64,000 bases of DNA from Paraspadella gotoi (lineage: Eukaryota; Animalia; Chaetognatha), in the NCBI GenBank assembly GCA_051294375.1, contig CM119266.1, positions 14,364,755 through 14,428,754 of the forward strand, given 5' to 3'. Made by a program: the position numbers and the translations under genes. Under the pieces are notes generated by a model. The model was not told the DNA's origin and did not search any database. It was given only the letters and a program-made list of their open reading frames with translations. Shown in pieces: positions 52,471-63,875 of this stretch (within the stretch, counting starts at the first letter, position 1; every line of letters begins with the position of its first letter).

Positions 52471-52802
52471 CCTCTCAGTCGTTGTTGTCTTAAGTTATTC
52501 CGCCTGTCGTCGTCGTCCTCGTCCTCTTCGTTATCCCCTGTCGTCGCGTCGTCGTCGTCCTTCGTCTTGTCCCTGGCCTTTATCTCCCGAGTTCAAAAGC
52601 TTCCTCGCCTCGCCTCGCCTCGGGGGGGGGGGGGATTTTTAAGAGAGGGGGAAATGGGGTGTTGTTGGAAAGAGGTGGAAGATGGTGGGTGGGGAGAAAG
52701 GGGTGGAGAGAAAAGGGGGAACGGAGGTTATCAACCGGAGAGATTTCCCTCTGAATACCAACAGCGAGACTCAACGACTAGTTGACATTTCAAGGCTGAC
52801 GA

Positions 52803-52834
<32 letters not shown>

Positions 52835-53056
52835 GATGAGGAAAGAGACGAGGATGGAACCGAAAACATTCCGATAACGCCAGTGAAAAGAGGATGTCAA
52901 CGTGCAGCGTCAACCCGGGTTTTAGAAGAGAGCGAAGAGGAAAAAACTGGGGGGAAAAAAATCTGTGACGAAAAAAGGGCGAGAAAACGACGACGACGAC
53001 GACGACGAGAAGACAGCGACAACTTTCTAAGCGCCCTCAAATTCTTGAGAGAGAAG

Positions 53057-53126
<70 letters not shown>

Positions 53127-54964
53127 AGAGAGAAGAGAGAGAAGAAAGCAGAGAGAAGAGAGATTGCCTCTCTNNNNNNNNNNNNNNNNNNNNNNNNNTT
53201 TGCGTCTCTCCTCGTTGGTCGGTTATCTGGTTCTGGTTGGCAAATTAGCACATGAGCGAAGACTTTGGCCAAGAAAGACTTCGAGAGCTGAATGTGGTGG
53301 TTGAGGGGGTCGCTTGGGAAGTTTGGTGAGTGGATGGACTGGATGGTGGATGGGTACTTTTTGACTTGATGCGAAAGACAAAAGGTTAATTAATTTTAAG
53401 GAGGATACCTTACCTTTCTTGAGGTAGGTTTTGACGTCATCCACCCTCGCTTTTCCATTGAATCTCAGACCGAATGAAGGACGGCCTTTGGTTTCAAACA
53501 GGGTAAGGTTAACGCCCGCGGTTGGCTGAAGTCGAAACGGAGCCCGAGTCCGAATCGAGAAAGAGGGTGGGGTCGATGGGGGAGGGTCAGTTCGGACGAA
53601 GAGTCGGAAGGGGTCAGAGGGCATCGAGGTGAGAGGGAATCGAGATCGAGAAGGTCAAACCGCCAACGATTTATTCCTCCGCCAGGAGGTGAAGTAAAAA
53701 GGAGGAATCAAGGGGGGGNNNNNNNNNNNNNNNNNNNNNNNNNNNNNNNNNNNNNNNNNNNNNNNNNNNNNNNNNNNNNNNNNNNNNNNNNNNNNNNNNN
53801 NNNNNNNNNNNNNNNNNNNNNNNNNNNNNNNNNNNNNNNNNNNNNNNNNNNNNNNNNNNNNNNNNNNNNNNNNNNNNNNNNNNNNNNNNNNNNNNNNNNN
53901 NNNNNNNNNNNNNNNNNNNNNNNNGGGAAAAAAAGAGGGAGAATTTTCGATGAGTAATCAAGAAATTGACGCCTCTCTTATCAGCGGCGAGACAATTTCT
54001 TTTCCAACTTTTTAAACGCGGTTTTTTTATTCCCTTCTTTTCTTATCTCTTTCTGTCTCTCTCTCTCTCTGCTCTCTCTTCTTTGTCACTCCCTAGCTCT
54101 TTCTTTTCAACCTTCACTCCCTTTCTTTTCTCCTCCTCGAAAATAGAGCCGTAAAATTATTCTTCAAACCCGGCGATCGGCCATTAAAAATCAATTACCG
54201 CCCCCATTCCTCCCCCGTTTACGCTAGAGAACGCGGCCCCGATCGAGCATCTTTCTTCGTCTTGACGGGGCGGGCACCGTGCACGCGCCTCGCACGTGCC
54301 GGCGCGCCCTCGCACGCCTTCGCACGCGATCGTGTCAAAATGTTATCTTGTCGTCGAATTTTTGCTCTTCGCGATTTGGCGCGTCAGCAAAAGCCGCAAC
54401 GACGCCGGACGTGCCGGGTCAAAAGTCCTTTGGCCACAACATTTTTTTTTCTTTGGGTTTTTTTATGCGACGACGCGTCTCTTTAAGCGATCTTTTTTTT
54501 TGTCTTTCCAGTTCGGAAATTTTTTTCAAACTATTGACGGTGAATTCTGTTACAATGTGAGCTCTCCTTTTGTTTTGTATTTAACCAGAGCCTTTAAACG
54601 GAGAAAGCTGCATGTTGGATAAAAATAATTACTATAATATACTATATACTATATACTATATATAGTATATATATATATTATATACTCCAATTTAGATTCA
54701 GCGAACAAAACTGGGGTAACAGGATTTCGTCGAAAAAAAACACCCCCCCCCTCATCACTGCCCCTCTTCTTCCTCCGGCGTCCCTCATCAACCAGTTAAC
54801 ATTTTCTTATCTTTTCCGCGAAACAAAAGACGAACTCGCGTCTGGAGGCTGAAAACGGGGAATTGGAGAGGAGTTAATTGCTGAGCCCTTGAAAAGGAGA
54901 AAAGAAAATAATAAAAAGGAGAAATAAAAAAGGGGAAATAAAAAGGGAATTAAGGGGGGAAAGG

Positions 54965-55055
<91 letters not shown>

Positions 55056-55535
55056 GGAAAAAAAAAAGGTTGCGTTCGGAAAATTGCTTCCTTCGAGACT
55101 TTCAGGGGAAGACAAATGAGATGCGCAACTTTGTAGCTTTTTTTTTCGCGATGTTGGAGAAAGAGGGGAAGGGTAAAAGAAGAGAAGGCAAAAGGATTAT
55201 TGGTGGTGAATCAGTAAGACGGATTTCGCAAACAATTCCCAAAATTGATGCTTCGAATAATATCACTGAAAATGAATATAATTCTATAAAATAAAAAAAA
55301 ACAAGGGAGCATCGATATCGTTGAGTATTGTCATGGCAGAGGACGCAGTCCATTACTCATTGAAAAACAAATGACATTCTTTTTTTTTTCCGAAACGTCA
55401 TAATTGTATTAAATTTTATATCTAAACGTATACTATTATATATTTTAGATAATTTAATCGATGATAATACTCGACTTGTGAAATAGGTACACAAAAAAAA
55501 ATTAATTCGTATCATTCATATTCTTCCCTTTCTAG

Positions 55536-55975
55536 TGATTTCCTGAGTCCCTTCTCCCGAGACAACGTCGACGCTCTCATCCAAGAGCACACCTACGCCC
55601 GCTCGCCGCTTCGCTCCTACGCTTGCGGGGAGACGGAGTTGGAAGAGCTTCAACGCCACCTGCCGCCGGGGATGTCTATCTCAGCCGCTGCCGCCGCCGC
55701 CGCAGCCGCTGGCCACCTCAAAGACCCGCAGGGCTTCCTACAGGCGGCGTCTCTGTTCCGGCCGCCACCCGGATCGCCCGGGGCGGGCGGACCGCCCTCT
55801 GCCGCCGCCGCTGTCATGGCGTCGGTGGCGGCGTCCGGCGGATCCGCCTCGTCGCTTTGGAAATCACCGGCGGCTGCGGCCGCTGCTGCGGCTGCGCTAT
55901 CCGGTGGGGCCGTGCCTCATTCGGCTGCGGCGGCGTTTTCGTCGTCGTTGATGCATTTTTACTCTTCGTTGCCCG
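55536..55975 (+). CDS. TBX20: Tbx20 post-T-box exon: DFLSPFSRDNVDALIQEHTYARSPLRSYACGETELEELQRHLPPGMSISAAAAAAAAAGH...HFYSSLP
   Basis: Acceptor ccctttctAG and donor G|GTAAGT. RDNVDALIQEHTYARSPLRSY corresponds to the Tbx20-specific RESVESLIQKHSYARSPIRTY block. Confidence 0.92.
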
Positions 55976-56077
55976 GTAAGTATTGTCGTTGTTGTTGTTA
56001 TCACTTGAAAATTAAGCAGAAAAGTATTATTTCATTTTTTAAACATATTTACCAAATTTACTTACCATTTTTCCCAG

Positions 56078-56661
56078 GCGCCTCCAACGCCCTCTCCTCT
56101 CTCTCGCCCTTTGGCCTTCCTTTCACTTCCCACGCCGCCCAAGCCGCCGCCTCCTTGGCGGTCACGGCGAACGCCGCCGCAGCGGCTCAGGCGTTAGCGG
56201 CTCAGCATGCCGCCGCCGCAGCTTCGCCGCTCGACCTCCGCAGTGGCGATCCTCGGCCGCTTCCGCCGCCTAGCCGCGGCGACCCAACGGCTGCGTCGGC
56301 GATGCCTGGCGAGGTCGGCAGCGGGCGCAGCAGCGCCGAGCCTCGCCTCACTCCAGGTCATCACACGCCGTCACACCTGGACAACCCCCTCTGCATGACG
56401 CCCCCTCATTCCGCGCCCCAACACCCTAACGCGACACTACAGTCCCACCTCTCACCGCCGGGCACAAATTCACCGCCCGCTATCTCTTCTTCCTCTTCCT
56501 CCCCCGCCGCCGCCGCCGCCGCCGCCATGTCGCTGGGGTCGTCGAGATACTACGGGGTCCACAAGTATCACCCTTACCTACCCCCGGGGGGCGCTTACCC
56601 CTTGGCCAGTCTCTTTCGCCCCCTCCCGTCGCAAAGCCTGGATCTGAGGCCACAAGTTTAG
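56078..56661 (+). CDS. TBX20: Tbx20 terminal exon (Ala/Pro/Ser-rich; PLDLR, KYHPY, SLDLRPQV-stop)
   Basis: Acceptor tttcccAG, phase-compatible, open to TAG at 56659-56661. The middle part may carry compensating indels relative to the mirrored copy. Confidence 0.85.
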
Positions 56662-58057
56662 ATCCCCGACAACCGATGTCATTATCAAGTCGGTTGTAGG
56701 GAAAAAGTGTGACAAATGCGGATGTCATCAAGATTTGTCCAAGATATTTAACAAACTCCTGAAAAAAGCGATTACTGACCCGCTTAAAGTGTATTAGTTC
56801 TTTTCAATTAACAATGAATTATTCAAATTACGCCTCGATTGCGATTTGTAGTTGACTTGTAAATGAATCGTTATCAAATCGATTTTTCGATTAATAATTT
56901 ATATCGTAATTCGCCTTTTTCTCTTCCTCACTGATTTTTAAAAGGAGAATATTCTCACGTTATGCTTCTAGTCATGTGTTTTAAATCTGTGAAAAAATTT
57001 TAAAATCTGGTTTTTTTACAGGCATTTATTACTCTTTTTTTTCGTGAAGTTCCCTCGTGGCCCCTATCACGTATAAAAAAAACCATCTCTCTAGTTTGTC
57101 TAGCCCTGTAAACCCGAAAAACTTTTTGTTTGTCGACAAAAAGATAAAACATTAACAGACTTCCGTGTTTAACCTGTGATCTAATCTTTTTTTTCGTTCA
57201 AAATTAAATGCTGATACTACCATGCAAAAAAAATCTCTGCTTGACTTTTTCTTATATTGCGATCAAAAAAGAATTTAAACTAATTTTTTTCTTGTATTAT
57301 TTGAGAGAAAAAAACACACAATTTGCGATTCATATTTGTTTGTATTTTAATCTCAGCAAAATATTATTTCATGACGCCATATTTTTGTCATAAACCTGTT
57401 TTGCCATAACGTTGCTCTATTATTTTCGAAAAGTTGAGTTTGTCGAGCATTTTGTTTTAATAATTGCCTAATTTTGTTCTTTCATAAACTAACTACAAAA
57501 ATGAAATTGTAAAATACAACTATTTATCTTAAATTTTGTTTTCCTAACTTTTCAAAATCATGCAAGCTAAGCAGCTAGCCAAATAATTCATTACTGATTT
57601 AATACCGATATTTCATAGAAAGAAGTTTAACCGAAAATATTTAGGGGATGAAAAGCTGGGACCTTTTGTCATTTATCGTTCCTAAACTTCCCGCCAAATA
57701 TCGAAGTAATAATACTTTTAATAGAGAAAGCAAAGCCCCTTTTGTTTTCATAGAGCTCTTTGTTTCGTAGCAACGGAGTATCAATCATAAAATCGTAGTT
57801 TTTGTGGCTTTTTGAGGGTTTAGATGTCGAAAGATGAATTTATTCAAAGGTCGTCTCTTCAAATAAAATTCGGTTTATATTTATATAGTAAATTGTAAAT
57901 TATAATGCCATAAAAGCCTGTTTGCAATTAAATTTTCCTCAACGAAGTCAATCATTAATTTGAGCCTCCATTTTTCTAGATATCTTTTTTTAATGATAAT
58001 AATTAATTATTTTAAGAGATGTTAGAATAAAATAAAACAAAATCATTATAATAAATT

Positions 58058-58996
58058 TCAAACTTCTCTTTCAATTACATCTTTTTCACAACCTTTGGCC
58101 AATGATACGACGACGATTGCGCAAAACGTCATTGAAACCCCGATCGTTTCCATCTTCGACAAACTCTCGCCGAAAAACGTCAACGACAAAAGCGTCGTCG
58201 TCGGGATTTCCCCGGCGAGAATGACGTTGCCTAGCAACCCGGCGAGACCCGGATCGAAGGTCTCCAGTTCGTAGCAGCCGACCTGCTGCGCGAGTCGGTA
58301 AATCGTGGAGACGACGCCGACGAGAACGACACCGGCCGACGCCGTCGGATTCGGCGCCGAGAAAGCGGAAGGTCCGCCGGCGACGCCGAAGCAGAACATG
58401 GCAACGACAGCGCCGCAAATGAGACGCAAGACGAGAAAGTTGGACCAGTGTTCTTCGGAAGTGGCGCCGAAAAAGTAAGGAAGGATGAGACTGTTGAAGC
58501 CGTTGAAAGCCGCCAGGAAGTAGGCGTAGGCGGGAGCGACGACCGGCTCGTCGAAGAGCAGCGTCGGGTGCGTGATCAGCAGCAGTCCCACCAGCGCCGC
58601 GACGATGCCGCCCGCGTCGACGACGCCGACGCAGCGCCGATGCAGAACCGCCGTAACCGCGGGAGTAAGGATGAAGCCGTAGCAAGAAAGGGCAGCGTAG
58701 GTGCCGAGTGGCATGAGTTCGGACGCCGCGCGCCACGCCAAGAAGTTGGCGTTAATGACGAAGCCGAGAACGAAGAACGCCGCCAATCGTCGCCGCGTCT
58801 TCACCGTCCAATTTCGCCGGGCGACGGGGAAGAGCGGTAGCGTGCCCAGCGTCTCGCCGAGGAAGAGAAAAACGAAAGCGACGGGCGCGGAGAGGGGCGT
58901 GGAGGAACGGAAGATGGTGGTGACGACGCTGATCAATGACACGTAAAAGACGTTGAAGAGAACGCCCCACGCGAGGCTTTGGAGAGGGCCAGGCAT
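58058..58996 (-). CDS. EamA/DMT-superfamily transporter, SLC35G1-like, 312 aa, single exon
   Basis: About 10 hydrophobic helices in two repeats. ELMPLGTYAAL..FILTPAVTAVLHRR..GIVAALVGLLLITHPTLLF and LLSLTFFGESLSKMETIGVSMTF resemble EamA repeats 1 and 2. Confidence 0.85.
   Translation of the reverse strand: MPGPLQSLAWGVLFNVFYVSLISVVTTIFRSSTPLSAPVAFVFLFLGETLGTLPLFPVARRNWTVKTRRRLAAFFVLGFVINANFLAWRAASELMPLGTYAALSCYGFILTPAVTAVLHRRCVGVVDAGGIVAALVGLLLITHPTLLFDEPVVAPAYAYFLAAFNGFNSLILPYFFGATSEEHWSNFLVLRLICGAVVAMFCFGVAGGPSAFSAPNPTASAGVVLVGVVSTIYRLAQQVGCYELETFDPGLAGLLGNVILAGEIPTTTLLSLTFFGESLSKMETIGVSMTFCAIVVVSLAKGCEKDVIEREV
58226..58238. promoter_or_regulatory. Perfect RFX X-box GTTGCCTAGCAAC inside the transporter CDS
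   Basis: Read directly. Palindromic GTTGC-N3-GCAAC, ~1.43 kb upstream of the CCDC42 ATG. Function is unproven. Confidence 0.4.
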
Positions 58997-59668
58997 CTCG
59001 AGACCTTTGTCGTCGTTTCTATTTTTTATTTTTTATTTTTTATTTTTTTTGGCCAAGGAAAAGTTTTTATAAAAAACACAGGGAATTTTAAACGTATGTT
59101 GTTAATAGTTATAAAAATGAAATCCTTGAATTCAAATTTCAAAAAGTTATCGAAGTGAATTTATAAAATTTATTTAAATTACTGTTTGTTCTTCAAACTT
59201 AATTTTTCGATAAAAAAAAAAGTCGATTTTTTCCCCTTTTTGCCAAATCGTTTGCTTTTCGATCCAATTTCGTGAAGCAGCTTTATGTGAAAGAAATGAA
59301 AATCGAAGCCTTAATGTAAATATTAAGAATATTTGTCTAAAACGTTTAATATCTGAAGAAAAAGTTTTGCCCCTCTGGCTGAAATTCTTTTTTTTTATCC
59401 CCTGATCATATTTTAATTTTGAGCTATTTGAACGTTCAAAGCCCTAATTTCAGTCACAGCAAGTCTTTTTGGTAGCGCAATGATTCTTTCTATGGCCTAT
59501 TTGCAAATGATTGATTTCTTATTCAAATAGAAATAGAAGATTAGTAAATCACGAGTCGAAAAACAAACAGCTAAAACAAGTACAACCCAAATATTCAAGC
59601 CGACCTTTAATGTAACACAGTTGAACTTGATATATCGAAGATTTACGAAATTGATCACAACGTGAAGG

Positions 59669-61605
59669 ATGTCGATCTCGTTCGAAGAATATTTTCGGGC
59701 GACGCTGGAGGATAAGTTGATGGTGAAGATGCCGGAGAGGGAAGAAGATCACCTCACGCCGGGTAAATCAGATAATAATTATTAATTAATACGAACTCAC
59801 TCTATTAAATAAAGATTAACTTTACGCGGAGTGAGTAATTTACTGATAATCATCCCTCAACTGAAAATTATGGATCTCTTGAGATTTAAATTGTTAGATT
59901 GTAATCTATTATTATTTAATAACTGTCGCCGACGCCTCCATAATTCACCCAAACCACCTTCAGTGAGGGTCCTTCGCCCCAACTGGCCCCACTTCCCTCA
60001 TCGTATCCTTCATAATCTACCCTCTTCCCTCAGCGACGCGTCTCCTGGAGAAACGACGCGAGATGACGGAAGTAGAGACGACGCTCGGCGCCCAAAAGGA
60101 CGAGTTCCAACTCAAGATGGAAAGTCTGACCCAGCGGAGAGAGGAGCTGGAGCGGAAAGAGCTCCAGCTTAAGGAGTCGCTGCTCAAGGTACCTTGGTTC
60201 GTTCGTTCGTTCTTGAGATCTTTCGCTCTGTTTTGTTCTTTCGTTCGTTTGCTCTTTCTTTCGCTCTTTCGTTCTATCTTTCGTTAATCCGTTCATTTAT
60301 TGATTCATTCATTTGATCATTAATTTCTTCGCTGTTCGATCTATAATCGATTCTATATATTATTATTCATCTTTATATTAAACCGATTTAAAATAAGAGT
60401 TAAAAATTACTCTAAAATTATTGTTTCTTCAGTTCGACAAATTCCTAAAGGAAAACGACTCGAAGCGCGCTCGCGCGATCAGAAAAGCCAACGAAGAGAG
60501 AGAATTGAAAAAACAAAAGGACAGGGAAATCGAGAAGATGAAAGCGGTTATTGACACCATGACAGCCGCCAAAGGTAAATAAATAAATGAGTTCTTTGCT
60601 TTATGACGTATTTTGAAACGATCTGTCGGTTGGCAAACTCGGTCGTGAGTACTCGCTAGATACTTACGATATTACTCGCAATAATAATCATTTTTCGTTC
60701 ACTCCCAACAACAGAGAAGATCGGCAACCGCGCGGAACGGTTTCAAATTTTCCAGAAATTCATGGAACGAACTCTGGAGTCGGCGGAGGAGTTTCAAGAA
60801 GTTCGGGAGATCATTGGGCGATACGACACTCTCAAACAGACTTACACGGACCTCATCGGGAAGCAGGTTTGAGATTCGACTTTGAAATTAACATCCGATT
60901 ATCTATTATGTACATAAAAAAAACTACATATGTTATATAGTGATTGTTATTCCCGAGTAGTCTACTTTACTTTCTTTTTAAATCCGTATTCTTCCAGAAT
61001 CAACAGCAAGATTCTTTCGAGAACGTCAAACAGGATTTCGTCAAGTACAGCGAAGACAAGAACAACGCAATTCTCGACTACAACAACCAACTGGCGAAGC
61101 TCCAGACGCGATTGGACGACGCCCTCTCAGCCGCCGTCCAATGGGAGGCCGAGTGGAACCACATCAAGAGCACCGCCGCCCACAAGACGCTCATGTTGGG
61201 TGGGTTGGGGAAGAAATTGAGAATGTCGAGGGGATGTTCTATTCTTGGTGAATGTTGTGAAAGTTGTGACCTTCTTCGACTATTCACACTTTTAATTTTT
61301 CACGCGTAGATGTGGAGATGGTTTCTGTTTCACGACGGCTATTACCTTTTCATTAATACCTATTTTTTTATTTTAGGTCGAATAAAAATGGCCACTCACA
61401 ATCTCTTCACTTTGATCACAAAGCATCAACCCAAGTTGGGTCACAATGTGAATCTAGACGACACCAACGAACAACTCGAGAGAATCAAAATGTTTATCCA
61501 GGTTATAAATAATTGACTAAAATTATTATCAAATTTTATTCAAATAACATTAAATATTATTTTGTTCTCCAGGATCTAACGCACATCACGAACGAAATTA
61601 ACTGA
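59669..61605 (+). CDS. CCDC42: Coiled-coil domain-containing protein 42 (CCDC42/CFAP73 family, DUF4200), 300 aa; exons 59669-59762, 60034-60188, 60433-60574, 60715-60866, 60998-61199, 61377-61501, 61573-61605
   Basis: All six introns are GT-AG and in phase, and the exons total 903 nt. The translation MSISFEEYFRATLEDKLMVKMPEREEDHLTPATRLLEKRREMTEVE..QKDEFQLKMESL..LKESLLKFDKFLKENDSKRARA..KTLMLGRIKMATHNLF..IKMFIQDLTHITNEIN* matches the family. Confidence 0.93.
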
Positions 61606-61608
61606 AAA

Positions 61609-61614
61609 AATAAA
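61609..61614 (+). terminator. Candidate polyadenylation signal AATAAA just after the CCDC42 stop
   Basis: AACTGAAAAAATAAACTG. The hexamer is common in AT-rich DNA. Confidence 0.4.
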
Positions 61615-62035
61615 CTGTGAAACTCATAAATGTTACGTATTTTAAGTCTTCATTGGTATCTGAATTTCGATGTTTTACCCAGACAAATAAATTTGTTCGA
61701 CACAATTCAGATTCTTTTTTATTTAACATCCTTTAAAAAGAAAGATCGAACGCACTTAGAAAGGTAACTAGATTTATTCGTACTGCTGTTTCTCTGGTAA
61801 ACTTTTTAAATAATCCCGCTGACAAGCCTCGACGTTTCACGAGTGCTTCAATTATATCTCGATTTTATATCTTTTTTTATCGACACTTTTTTTTAAAACT
61901 CGAGAATTATGAACATGTTTTCAAGTTGTTTTTTTACCTTTGGAAATGGGCGAAAAATTAAATTAAATTAAGAATTAATTTTAATTCAATTGCAATTGAG
62001 ACCTCAACGTTCGTTTGACTGAATCGGGCTCCAAC

Positions 62036-63875
62036 ATGACGTCTCTCCATCCGCGACTCCTCGGCCTCGGGTGTCCGATGATCGACGCGACGGTCGAAGA
62101 CGTCGACCCCGAATTCTTCGTCGAGCGAAGCTTGAAGACGAATTCGACTCATCGGATGTCGAGGAGAGAAGTCGACGAGATAATCGAGGGATTTCGAGGT
62201 CGAGTGAAGAATCGATCCGCAGAAATGCTTTTGTGAAATCAGGGATAACTATATCTCAAATCAGATAATATTCACTATTTTTCTAATACTAAACGGGATT
62301 TTTAAATTCATTTGCATATTGCAGTGATTTTAATCGTACCCCATTGAAAATAACCAAGTTATCCTTTCGGCGGTTTTAGATCGAGAAACCATGCATTTAA
62401 GAAAAAAAGGTATTTTTTGGTCGATTCCCTCCTAATTCTCTCGACAGCTTTGACTCGATTTATTGCAATGAAGACGAAAATCACTTCCTCACTATTTTAC
62501 ACGAGACGGATAAGATCAGCAAAATTTTCACTTCATTGCCGGTCAAAGCATTTCTGTTTGTTTTTTTGTAAGTCGTGATGTTCGCCCCTGTTGCTTTACT
62601 TCCCTCGTACTTCCAGCTCTCGGCCACCGAACGACCCTAACCTTTGGCGGCGCCACCGACAACGTCGTCCGCGGCGTTCAGCTTCTTTTATCCCGAAACG
62701 CCGGCTCAATGAGTGGGAGGGAGACTGTTCTTCAAAGTCACGTCTCTTACGTGGGCTGCGTCGGCGACGACGATGACGGACGAGCGATCGAACGCAAGAT
62801 GGCAAAAGAAGGGATAAGATCCGTTCTCAAGGTTTCCACGACGCAACGAACTGGTTTGTACGATGAAAAAAATAACCCTTTAAAAAACATATTGATAATA
62901 TCAATTCCACGATAAGTTGATTCAGTTTCTATCAGCGGCTTGCTTGATTCTCCTGGCTAATGAAGCCTGTGGGTTAGCGACGACCGGAGATCCCAGCGAC
63001 ACCGACAGAAACCCCGACAACACCTCTACCTCCATCAGCCAAAAATCTCGCGCCCACAACCCAAGATGCCTCGTCACGAGCATCGGCGCCGCGGCAGAGA
63101 TAGATCAAGATTTTATCGGGTCGTCAGACGTCAAGCAGCTCGTCGACGGATGCTCGGTAAAAATTTGGAGGATTTAAACCTTAACTCCTCATTTCAAGTC
63201 CTAATAATCATTGATTTACCGAGCAGATGCTTTACCTGACCTCCTTCGTGCTCAACTGCTGCCCCGACGCCGTGGAATCCCTGATCAGCACCGCAAATTA
63301 CGAGTCTAAATTCGTCGTCTTCAATCTCGGCGCCGCATTCCTCTGTCGACTTCATCGGCGCCGCATTTACAGAATTCTGCCAAACGTTAGCCTTTTGTTC
63401 GGAAACGCGGAAGAGTTGGCGGCGTTAATGGAGGAGAATGAAGACGTAGAATCCACGCAAAACGAGGTTATCATTTTGCTAAGTTAAAAAGACTCTACTA
63501 TTACTATCTTTTACTTTGTTATCCTTTTTTTTTAATTTTTTTTTTAATTCTAGTACTTCTCTGCTTTTTTTGTCTTTCTCTTTCCTTTTCAATTTATTTT
63601 TGTGGTTTTGTTGTGGTTTTTATTTGTCACATTTTAATCACAACATTTAATCGCTAAACCGCCCGCCACCGCCTCTGTCAGGCGTCCGAGTTGCTGCGAT
63701 TAACGGAGTCGTTGCGACACCGTTTGAGGGTGTCGTCTAAAGACGGCGCCGCCAACGGCGTCGTCATCACTAACGGAGGCACGACGATTCGTCACCGGCG
63801 TCGGCCAATCACGGGCCAGGATTCGAGAAGTCGCCTCCGTCGACCCGAAACGCATCGTCGACACTAACGGAGCGG
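62036..63875 (+). CDS. ADK: Divergent adenosine kinase (PfkB/ribokinase family); exons 62036-62198, 62617-62853, 62936-63156, 63227-63466, 63682-63875 (one frameshift in the last); final exon beyond the window
   Basis: Motifs appear in order: LLGLGCPMID, FGGATDN, SYVGCVGDDDDG, RCLVTSIGAA, VVFNLGAAF, LLFGNAEE (NxxE), VVITNG, IVDTNGAG. Introns are phase-compatible GT-AG. Confidence 0.88.

Noticed and set aside
58058-58996. Intronless GC-rich transporter as horizontal transfer from bacteria
   Set aside because: Its GC content matches neighbouring host exons, its motifs resemble animal SLC35G, and animal SLC35G genes are often intron-poor. A phylogeny would be needed to claim HGT.
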